Shown: positions 48,298-56,269 of the stretch, in pieces
Position numbering within the stretch: position 1 is the stretch's first letter
Layout of the letters: each line of letters begins with the position of its first letter
Assembly: GCA_050949565.1 (NCBI GenBank)
Contig: JBMNFY010000017.1
Span: 224,001 to 288,000, forward strand
DNA: 64,000 nucleotides
Reading direction: 5' to 3'
DNA from: Kiritimatiellia bacterium
Lineage (GTDB): Bacteria > Verrucomicrobiota > Kiritimatiellia > RFP12 > UBA1067
Made by a program: the position numbers and the translations under genes
The notes under the pieces: generated by a model
Told to the model about the DNA's origin: nothing
Database searches by the model: none
What the model saw: only the letters and a program-made list of their open reading frames with translations

Positions 48298-48750
48298 ATG
48301 TCAACTGAACTCCTTTTACTGTCGGACGTCGAGCATCTCGGCAAGGCCGGCGATGTCGTGAAAGTGGCGGATGGCTACGCCCGTAACTACCTGCTGCCAA
48401 AAGACCTCGCGGCACCAGTCTCGAAGCAGGCGTTGCGCCGTCTCGAGAAACTGCGCAAAGAACGCGAGGAGGTCGCGCGCATCCAGCTCGCCGAAGCCAA
48501 AGAAAAGGCCTCGAAACTGGACAATGCGTCGGTCACCTTGCGCGCCAAGACGGTCGACGGCACCCGTCTCTATGGCTCGATCCAAGCAGCGGACATCGTG
48601 GACGCGCTTGAGGTGGGTCAGAAGATCACCGTCGACAGGTCTCAGATCGTACTCGCCGAGCCGATCAAAGAGACCGGCACGTTCGACATTGACGTGAAGC
48701 TGCATCCCGAACTGACCTGCACCATCAAGGTGTGGGTTGTCGAGGAGTAA
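48298..48750 (+). CDS. rplI: 50S ribosomal protein L9
   Basis: LGKAGDVVKVADGYARNYLLP, LYGSI, IKETG, KLHPE. Confidence 0.97.
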   Translation: MSTELLLLSDVEHLGKAGDVVKVADGYARNYLLPKDLAAPVSKQALRRLEKLRKEREEVARIQLAEAKEKASKLDNASVTLRAKTVDGTRLYGSIQAADIVDALEVGQKITVDRSQIVLAEPIKETGTFDIDVKLHPELTCTIKVWVVEE

Positions 48751-48760
48751 AAGAAGCAGG

Positions 48761-49043
48761 GCAAGCGTCGGGCAAGCGTCTGCTTGCCCGGCGGCGTAAA
48801 CGCCGCCCACCGAACAGGACGCATTTTGGAGTGCGGTGACAAGAACCGCGCCACGCGCGAATCGCGGCACCGCTTTCCGGTTCATCCGCGTCAACGCGGC
48901 GTCGCGCAGAATACTGCTTGCCGCCGCACTCCAAATCCTTTCTTCAGGCTTGCGAGTGCCGGAAAAGGATGGAGCCAAGGACAAGCAGATGCTCGTCCCT
49001 GTGTATTTGAAAGTTGAACGTTGAAAGTTAAGCGTTGAGCGTT
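48761..49043. repeat. Intergenic repeat cluster (REP-like palindromes + TTGAA(A/C)G heptamers)
   Basis: GCAAGCGTCTGCTTGCCCGGCGGCGTAAACGCCGCC; TTTGGAGTGCGG...CCGCACTCCAAA; heptamers at 49007-49043. Confidence 0.75.
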
Positions 49044-49053
49044 ACTGTCGATT

Positions 49054-50541
49054 ATGCAGACAACCCCATCAGCCCCCGCCGCGCCCCTGCGCACCATTCC
49101 GCACAGCGTCGAAGCTGAACGCGGTGTCCTCGGCTCGATCCTGCTGGACGCGGCCGGTGACAGCCGCGTGTTGGATCTGTGTACCGAAAACGGCATCGTC
49201 CCCGAATCGTTCTATACCCCCGCGCACAGCCTGCTTTTCGAAACCCTGTCCGAGATGTCGCGCGCCGCGCTCGCCATCGACCCCCTTACTCTCACCGAAC
49301 GGCTGCGTGCGCTGAACCGCCTTGATGAAATTGGCGGTGCCGCCACCATTCAGGCGTTGATTGATGAGACCCCCACTGCCGCCCATGCGGAGTACTACAT
49401 CAACATCGTGCGCCAGAAGCACCTGCTGCGCGCCGTCATCTCTTGTGCCCGCGACGCCGAACGCCGCTGCTTCGATGAAGCGGTCAGCGCCGACCTGATC
49501 CTCGGTGAGGTCGAACAGCAGTTCCTTAGTATTGCCGACCATCGGCGCGAGGGCACTGGTCTCTCCTGGCCCCAGGCCATCACCAATACGATGGGGCACA
49601 TCGACCGGCTCTTTTCTCTCGGCCCCGGCAGTGTGGCCGGTCTGCCCACCGGACTCAAAAACCTCGACAGGCAACTCAAAGGGCTGCGCAACGGCGAAAT
49701 GATCGTACTGGCCGCCCGTCCCTCAATGGGAAAAACCTCGCTCGCCATGAACATCGCCGAGTGCGTCGCGCTTGGCAAGGACATCTACGGGCGTCCGATG
49801 AAAGGTGACCATGACCGTCCCCACGCTGTCGGCGTCTTCTCGCTTGAAATGTCCACCGAGTCCCTCGCCATGCGCATGCTCTGCGGCTTTGCGGGTGTGC
49901 CCAGCTTTAGGATCTCTCAAGGGCTCGGCAACATCAAAAACATCAATCAGCAACTCACCCGCGCCGCCTCTGAACTCGGCAAAGCGCCGATCTATGTGGA
50001 TGACACCGGCGGCCTTGATGTCATGGATATGCGCGCCCGCGCCCGTCGCATGAAGAAGCGTTACAAGATCGAGCTGATCGTAATCGATTACCTCCAACTC
50101 TGCAATTGTCGCGAATTCGCCAGACAGGGCCGTCAGATTGAAACCTCGCAGATATCCGGCCAGATCAAGGCCATGGCCAAAGAGCTGAACCTACCGGTCG
50201 TCGTGCTCAGCCAGCTTAGCCGTGCCCCAGAACAGCGCGGCGATAAAACCAACAAACCCAAACTCTCCGACCTGCGCGACTCCGGCGCCATCGAGCAGGA
50301 CGCCGACGTCGTACTGCTGTTGCGCCGTCCCTGCAAAGCCCCCGGCGATCCTGAATTTGAAGACACGCGTTTGGCCATCGTCGATGTTGCCAAACACCGT
50401 AACGGTCCCACCGGTGAGGTCCGGCTTGATTTCGACGACGCCCTCACGCGTTTCGGTGACCGCGCCGACCCCGGCACCAGTGAAACTGCCGGCCTTGAGC
50501 CCGACCCCTATCCCTCTGTCGACCTCCCCGAGGATCAGTGA
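49054..50541 (+). CDS. dnaB: Replicative DNA helicase
   Basis: PHSVEAE, AARPSMGKT, FSLEM, IDYLQL, LSQLSR, SDLRDSGAIEQDAD, KHRNGPTG. Confidence 0.98.
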   Translation: MQTTPSAPAAPLRTIPHSVEAERGVLGSILLDAAGDSRVLDLCTENGIVPESFYTPAHSLLFETLSEMSRAALAIDPLTLTERLRALNRLDEIGGAATIQALIDETPTAAHAEYYINIVRQKHLLRAVISCARDAERRCFDEAVSADLILGEVEQQFLSIADHRREGTGLSWPQAITNTMGHIDRLFSLGPGSVAGLPTGLKNLDRQLKGLRNGEMIVLAARPSMGKTSLAMNIAECVALGKDIYGRPMKGDHDRPHAVGVFSLEMSTESLAMRMLCGFAGVPSFRISQGLGNIKNINQQLTRAASELGKAPIYVDDTGGLDVMDMRARARRMKKRYKIELIVIDYLQLCNCREFARQGRQIETSQISGQIKAMAKELNLPVVVLSQLSRAPEQRGDKTNKPKLSDLRDSGAIEQDADVVLLLRRPCKAPGDPEFEDTRLAIVDVAKHRNGPTGEVRLDFDDALTRFGDRADPGTSETAGLEPDPYPSVDLPEDQ

Positions 50542-50553
50542 CAACCCGTCGCC

Positions 50554-51948
50554 ATGCGAAAAACGGCTAAGCACGAAAAAGTTTCGCATCCCCTGAGCCC
50601 GCAGGTGCCCATGGCCCTCGCCTTTTTATTGGCGATCCTCATCGGAGCCTTCCTGCTTGCGCTGCCGGCAGCCAACACCAACGGTCAATGGCGCGATGCT
50701 GTCTCGGCGCTCTTCACCGCCACCAGTGCCACCTGCGTCACTGGGCTTTCGGTGATCGACGTCGGCAGTGAACTCACGCGCTTCGGCCAGATTGTGCTCA
50801 TCACGCTGATCCAATTGGGCGGCCTCGGTGTCACAACTTTCGGCACCTTCCTGCTGGTGCTCATCGGCCGCCGCCTCAGCGTGCAGAACGAGTTTGTGCT
50901 GATGGACGCCTACGGCGTGGAAGCGGTGAAAGGCATCCGTGCCCTGCTGCTCTGGACCATAGGTTTCACCCTGCTCTTCGAAGGCATCGGCACCCTGTTG
51001 CTCTGGGCGCGCTACATGGCACCTCACCCCTCCCTTCCCCTCCCCTACGACCCGTGGACTGCCTTGTATTACGCCGTCTTCCACGCGGTCAGCGCCTTCT
51101 GCAACGCCGGTTTTTCGCTACACCGCGACAGCCTAATCGCCTTCCAGCACGACCCCGTTTATTTATTCACCATCAGTATTCTGGTTGTCGCGGGTGGGCT
51201 CGGCTTCCTCGTCCACTACAATCTGGTGACCATCAAGTTTTGGCGGCGTAACCGCATGACGCGCGGGCGCATCACCCTGCACACCAAAGTCGTTCTGATC
51301 GCCACCTCAGTGCTGATCCTGCTCGGCTTCGTGTTTACACTGCTGTTGGAAACGCCCCATACGCTGAAAGACCTCCCCTTCGCCGACAAATTGGTCTGTG
51401 CATTCTCGCACGGTATCTCCGCACGAACTGCCGGCTTCAACGTCGTGCCGATGGGTGACATCCAAGAGGCCACCCGCTTCATCACTGCCCTGCTCATGTT
51501 GATCGGCGGCTCGCCCGGTTCCGCTGCGGGTGGCATCAAGACCACCACGCTGGTGGTACTGATCATGACAGTGATCGCCATGTGCCGCAACCGCCGCGAC
51601 ACCGTCCTCTTCAACCGCACGTTGCCCTACACGGTTGTGCGCGAGGCGGTCGTGATTTTTCTGCTTATGTTGTCTCTGATCGCCGTGGCCTATGGCGTGT
51701 TGCTGCTCACCGAATATCCGCAGCAAGGCGACGACGCATCGAAACTTTTCTTCGAAGCCGTCTCTGCCGTAGGCACCGTGGGACTCTCCATTGACCACAC
51801 GGGAAGGTTGTCGAATGCCGGCCGATGGGTTATCATCATAGGCATGTACGTCGGACGCTTAGGCCCTCTCGCGGTCGCGCTATTGATCGGCAGCCGCGAT
51901 GAATGCCAACGTATCCGTTACCCCGAAGAGGAAGTCATCGTCGGCTAA
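50554..51948 (+). CDS. trkH: Trk/Ktr potassium uptake membrane subunit (KtrB/TrkH)
   Basis: FTATSATCVTGL, SAFCNAGF, RTAGF, GGIKTTT, SAVGTVGLS, GRLGP. Confidence 0.93.
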   Translation: MRKTAKHEKVSHPLSPQVPMALAFLLAILIGAFLLALPAANTNGQWRDAVSALFTATSATCVTGLSVIDVGSELTRFGQIVLITLIQLGGLGVTTFGTFLLVLIGRRLSVQNEFVLMDAYGVEAVKGIRALLLWTIGFTLLFEGIGTLLLWARYMAPHPSLPLPYDPWTALYYAVFHAVSAFCNAGFSLHRDSLIAFQHDPVYLFTISILVVAGGLGFLVHYNLVTIKFWRRNRMTRGRITLHTKVVLIATSVLILLGFVFTLLLETPHTLKDLPFADKLVCAFSHGISARTAGFNVVPMGDIQEATRFITALLMLIGGSPGSAAGGIKTTTLVVLIMTVIAMCRNRRDTVLFNRTLPYTVVREAVVIFLLMLSLIAVAYGVLLLTEYPQQGDDASKLFFEAVSAVGTVGLSIDHTGRLSNAGRWVIIIGMYVGRLGPLAVALLIGSRDECQRIRYPEEEVIVG

Positions 51949-51954
51949 CCAACC

Positions 51955-52005
51955 CCTAAATCCTAACTCCTAACTCCTAAATCCTAAATCCTAAATGCTA
52001 ACTCC
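51955..52005 (+). repeat. Heptamer tandem repeat CCTAA(A/C)T
   Basis: About 7 units; reverse complement of the array at 699-737. Confidence 0.85.
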
Positions 52006-52006
52006 C

Positions 52007-53284
52007 ATGTCCTTCCATCCAGACACCCTTTGCGTTCAGGCCGGCTGGCAGCCAAAAAATGGCGAGCCGCGCGTGTTGCCCATCTTTCAAAGTACGACCT
52101 TCAAGTACGACAGCAGCGAGCATGTCGGCGACCTCTTTGACCTGAAGGCGCCCGGCCACTTCTACACCCGGCTCAGCAACCCCACGGCAGAGGCGGTCGA
52201 GAACAAGATCGCCGCACTGGAAGGCGGCGTCGGCGCGTTGATGACCTCTTCGGGCCAGGCCGCAGAAATGATTGCAATTCTCAACCTCTGCAACAGCGGC
52301 GACCACCTTATCGCCTCGGGTGCCATCTACGGCGGCACCACCAACCTCTTCAGCGTCACGCTCAAGAAGCTGGGCATCGAGGTCACCTATGTCGACCCCT
52401 ACGCCTCCGACGACACCATCCAGGCCGCCTTCCGCCTCACCACCCGCGCGGTCTTCGGCGAGACCATCGCCAACCCCGCGCTGACGGTCTTCGACATTGA
52501 GCGTTTCGCGCGCGTGGCCCACGCCAACGGCGTCCCACTGATCGTCGACAACACCTTCCCGACCGCCGTGCTCTGCCGTCCCTTCGACTTCGGTGCGGAC
52601 ATCGTCACCTACTCAACCTCCAAGTACCTCGACGGGCATGCTATTTCACTCGGCGGCATGATCGTGGACAGCGGACGCTTCGACTGGCGAGCGAGTGGCA
52701 AGTTCCCTGGGCTCACCGAACCCGACCCCTCCTACCACGGCACCATCTATACCGATGCCTTCGGCCCGTCCGCCTTTATTGTCAAAGCCCGTGTCCAACT
52801 CATGCGCGACCTCGGCGCGACCCCTTCGCCAATGAACGCTTTTCTACTCAACCTCGGCATGGAAACACTGCACCTGCGCATGGAGCGCCACTGCCGCAAC
52901 GCCGAGGCGGTCGCCGCTTTTCTTGAAGGCCATCCCGCGGTCTCCTGGATCAACTACCCCGGACTGCCCTCTTCCAAGGATGCCGCGCTCGTCAAAAAAT
53001 ACCTGCCGCGCGGCACCTGCGGCGTGATCTCCTTCGGCGTCAAAGGCGGACGGGATGCCGCCGTGCGCTTCATGGACAGCCTCAAGCTCGCGGCCATCGT
53101 CGTGCATGTTGCTGATGCCCGTACTGGCGTGCTGCACCCCGCCAGCACCACCCACCGCCAACTCACGGATGAGCAACTCACCGCCGCCGGGATCAGCCCG
53201 GAACTCGTGCGCCTCTCCGTCGGCATTGAAAACGCGGCTGACATCATCGCCGACCTCGATCAAGCCTTAAGCGCGTGCGGCTAA
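52007..53284 (+). CDS. metY: O-acetylhomoserine aminocarboxypropyltransferase
   Basis: PIFQST, YTRLSNPT, SSGQAA, ETIANP, VDNT, STSKYLDGH (PLP Lys), HPASTTHRQL, RLSVGIE. Confidence 0.93.
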   Translation: MSFHPDTLCVQAGWQPKNGEPRVLPIFQSTTFKYDSSEHVGDLFDLKAPGHFYTRLSNPTAEAVENKIAALEGGVGALMTSSGQAAEMIAILNLCNSGDHLIASGAIYGGTTNLFSVTLKKLGIEVTYVDPYASDDTIQAAFRLTTRAVFGETIANPALTVFDIERFARVAHANGVPLIVDNTFPTAVLCRPFDFGADIVTYSTSKYLDGHAISLGGMIVDSGRFDWRASGKFPGLTEPDPSYHGTIYTDAFGPSAFIVKARVQLMRDLGATPSPMNAFLLNLGMETLHLRMERHCRNAEAVAAFLEGHPAVSWINYPGLPSSKDAALVKKYLPRGTCGVISFGVKGGRDAAVRFMDSLKLAAIVVHVADARTGVLHPASTTHRQLTDEQLTAAGISPELVRLSVGIENAADIIADLDQALSACG

Positions 53285-53311
53285 CCCCACCCAACAAACT
53301 CCAGACACACC

Positions 53312-53980
53312 ATGAAACGCATCGGCATCATCGGCGCAGGACGCTTCGGATCATCGCTCGCGGAAAGTCTCGCAGAACACGGCGCTGAGGTTTTACTGAT
53401 TGATCAAAACCGCGAAGTCATTCAGGAACTTTCCGAGTTCGTCACCCGCGCCGTCGAGGGCGACGTCACCAATCAGCGCACCTTGGAAGATGCCGGTTTC
53501 CAAGAGTGCGATGTCGTGGTCGTAGCCATCGGCAACAACCTCGAAGGCAGCATCATGGCCACCGTGAACTGCAAGGCGCTCGGCGTGCCGACTGTCGTGG
53601 CCAAAGCCAACTCCGACGTGCACGGCAAGATTCTCCAGCGCGTCGGTGCCGACATGGTGGTCTATCCCAACCGCGACTCGTCGCACCGCCTTGCGCGTAC
53701 CCTGCTCTCGAAAGGTTCCGTCGATCTCTTTGAGATTTCCGACGGTTTCAGCATCGCCGAGATCGACGTGCCGGAATCGCTGCGTAACAAGAGTCTGGCC
53801 CAAGCCGATGCGCGCAAGCATTTCGGTGTGACGGTCCTCTGCGTGCGACGCCTCGCCGAAGACCCGGCCCAACCGCGCACTGTCATCATCCCGACCGCCG
53901 ACGAGATCATCCAGCCCGACGACAAGCTGCTCATCTTCGGCACAGACAAGAAGATCGACGCGCTCGCGCAAGATACCTGA
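53312..53980 (+). CDS. trkA: Trk/Ktr potassium uptake NAD-binding subunit (KtrA/TrkA)
   Basis: IIGAGRFG, DVVVVAIG, GADMVVYP, C-terminal RCK-C domain. Confidence 0.93.
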   Translation: MKRIGIIGAGRFGSSLAESLAEHGAEVLLIDQNREVIQELSEFVTRAVEGDVTNQRTLEDAGFQECDVVVVAIGNNLEGSIMATVNCKALGVPTVVAKANSDVHGKILQRVGADMVVYPNRDSSHRLARTLLSKGSVDLFEISDGFSIAEIDVPESLRNKSLAQADARKHFGVTVLCVRRLAEDPAQPRTVIIPTADEIIQPDDKLLIFGTDKKIDALAQDT

Positions 53981-54034
53981 CGAGAACTAACAAGACGCTT
54001 GTCATCCCCGCCGCGCTACGCTATGGTCTCAGGT

Positions 54035-54715
54035 ATGCAAAACGACACGTCCGCACGTACATTCGTACTGACACCGATCGAAGCCCGCATCGTCGGTGCT
54101 TTGATCGAGAAAGCGCTCACCACGCCTGAGTATTATCCGCTCACGCTCAATGCGTTGCTCGCCGCCTGCAACCAGAGGAACAACCGTTCACCGGTCATGG
54201 CGCTTGATGAGCGCACCGTGCAGCAGGGCCTTTACGGCCTCCAAGAGAAACGACTCGCCGAGTGCTTTTCCGGCGCGACGGCGCGCGTCGTCAAATACCG
54301 CGAGCGCCTGATCGCCGAACTTGAACTGGACCCCGCCGAGCGTGCGCTGATTTGCGAGCTGCTGCTGCGCGGTCCCCAAACCCCCGGTGAGTTGCGCAGC
54401 CGCGCCTCGCGCATGCACCCTTTCGCCTCGCTGGACGAGGTCATGACTACGTTGCAACGCCTTGCAACGCGCGAAGACGGCGCGCTCGTCACCGAACTTC
54501 CGCGCCAGCCCGGCCACAAGGAGACGCGCTTCGCCCACCTGCTGGGCGACCAGCCGCCCGCTCTGGAAAAGCCCGATGTAACCGCCGACCCCGCGCCTGC
54601 CGCACCGGCGTCTCAGCAGTCTCAGCCGGACTCCCCTTCCCGTCTCGATGCGCTCGAAGCGCGCGTCGCCGCGCTGGAAGAGCAGCTCGCCGCCTTGACG
54701 GCAGAGCTGTCGTAA
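54035..54715 (+). CDS. yceH: YceH/DUF480 family protein
   Basis: EARIVGALIEK..TTPEYYPLTLNAL..ACNQ, LLLRGPQTPGELRSR; TTGTCA-17 bp-TATGGT ends 7 nt before ATG. Confidence 0.9.
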   Translation: MQNDTSARTFVLTPIEARIVGALIEKALTTPEYYPLTLNALLAACNQRNNRSPVMALDERTVQQGLYGLQEKRLAECFSGATARVVKYRERLIAELELDPAERALICELLLRGPQTPGELRSRASRMHPFASLDEVMTTLQRLATREDGALVTELPRQPGHKETRFAHLLGDQPPALEKPDVTADPAPAAPASQQSQPDSPSRLDALEARVAALEEQLAALTAELS

Positions 54716-54721
54716 GTCATC

Positions 54722-54746
54722 AGGGGGTTCGGGGGCGGAGCCCCCG
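54722..54746. repeat. GC hairpin/REP-like element between convergent genes (possible terminator)
   Basis: CGGGGGCGGAGCCCCCG. Confidence 0.5.
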
Positions 54747-54763
54747 TCTTTACCGTCCGCCGC

Positions 54764-56104
54764 CTACTTGCCAGACACCGGCGCAGCGGCGAGTTGCGCC
54801 TTGATCCAGCAGAAGATGGTGTCCCCTATCTGACGATAGCCCTCCGGAGCGGGATGAACACCGTTATTCAGGCGGCGTCCCTCCGCCTTCGTCTGGGAAT
54901 TCCACGGCGCGTTGACCGAAGGATAGTTGTGCAGGCAGTCGAGGTTGACGTTGGAAGGGATGAGAAAGATATTTTCCTTCTCGCGTTTGCCGTACTTTTC
55001 CATCGTCCGCTCGACCACCCGCTGCTGATTCCGTTTGTATTGCCAACGGGTCTGTCCGCACTTGTAGTTGGCACCAAAGCCGTCCTGTGTTCCCACGGGC
55101 GGCACGAGCAGCAGCATCCCGATCTTCGTGTCGGCGCGAGTCTGGCGGACCATCTCGATCAACATGTCGTAGTATTTGAACATGGTGTCGATGCTGGCTT
55201 CAATGGTCTCGTCGTTGGCCCCGAAGTTGTCATTGCACCCCAACAGGAAAGTGACGAAATCGGGCGCCTTGCCCCCATTGAATTCCCGACAGTAACGGGG
55301 AAAATCCAGCGCGGGCTTTCCCGTGCCATCCGCATACAGGAACGGGCTGCCGCTTGAATTCCACGTTTTCCAGTCCTCCGTTCCGTTCCGCCTTTCTCCT
55401 TCTTTGTAGAATGTGGCGAAACGATGCGCGGTCCATCCACCATACCCCTCGATACGGACATCCGGAGTTTTCGCGTTCGGGACATGCCCAACCAAAGTGA
55501 TTTTGGGGTTACCTTCGGCCTTGCACAACTCCAGCAGGTGCGCGGGATACACGGCGGCATGCGTCAGGCTGTCACCGATTGTCAAGACACTGATGGGCAA
55601 CCCCGCGCCGGCCGTTTTTGGGGCGACCTGCAGAACAGACTCCGCGCGGGCAATGACCGCATTTGTTTCGTTCCGGACTTCGATGACGAACGGGTATTGG
55701 CCCACATCCTCCTCCGTCGGAACAAATGTCCAACGCTCAGTCTGCTGGCTTCCTTTCGCACAGTTCACGTCGAACAGATAGTTTAAGGGATTGGCCACGA
55801 GGCAGATGTTATCGAAATACACATTCATCTCGATGCCGGGCGTAGCGTAAATACGCGGCGGCAACAGGAGACGAATGGTTCCCGGAAACTGTGCGGGCAC
55901 CGTGGCCTGCGCCAGCAGACTTGCGCACGACAACACGGCCAGCAGGACAACGTGAATGCGATGGATAGTGAGGGTCTTGCAAACCTCCTTGCTTACAGGT
56001 GTGGCACGGGCATCTTGCCCGTGTTTCATGGGCGGGACGCCCATGCCACGAGGGATTTTGCAAGAATCTCTAGTTTTAATCGTGAATCCGGCTTTCTGTG
56101 TCAT
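54764..56104 (-). CDS. Secreted SGNH/GDSL hydrolase
   Basis: IGDSLT, EGYGGW, LGCND, GVHP blocks; RBS before MTQKAG. Confidence 0.88.
   Translation of the reverse strand: MTQKAGFTIKTRDSCKIPRGMGVPPMKHGQDARATPVSKEVCKTLTIHRIHVVLLAVLSCASLLAQATVPAQFPGTIRLLLPPRIYATPGIEMNVYFDNICLVANPLNYLFDVNCAKGSQQTERWTFVPTEEDVGQYPFVIEVRNETNAVIARAESVLQVAPKTAGAGLPISVLTIGDSLTHAAVYPAHLLELCKAEGNPKITLVGHVPNAKTPDVRIEGYGGWTAHRFATFYKEGERRNGTEDWKTWNSSGSPFLYADGTGKPALDFPRYCREFNGGKAPDFVTFLLGCNDNFGANDETIEASIDTMFKYYDMLIEMVRQTRADTKIGMLLLVPPVGTQDGFGANYKCGQTRWQYKRNQQRVVERTMEKYGKREKENIFLIPSNVNLDCLHNYPSVNAPWNSQTKAEGRRLNNGVHPAPEGYRQIGDTIFCWIKAQLAAAPVSGK
55970..56070. mobile_element. 101-bp MITE carrying a REP doublet, 4-bp target duplication TAGT
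   Basis: TIRs GAGGGTCTTGCAAA and (rc) GAGATTCTTGCAAA; TAGT at 55966-55969 and 56071-56074. Confidence 0.85.
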
Positions 56105-56269
56105 ATTACCCCTCTCTTTGCTATTGAAAAAATCGACAGAACCGATTGAACCGAATCCATCGATTCCATCGATTCTGTCGACCATTCCCCCATCTGGGTT
56201 CAATCCGCGAACCAGACACCGACGGTCTCCGCAAAGGCCGTCAGATCGGGCAGACAGAGTCGCGTCCGG

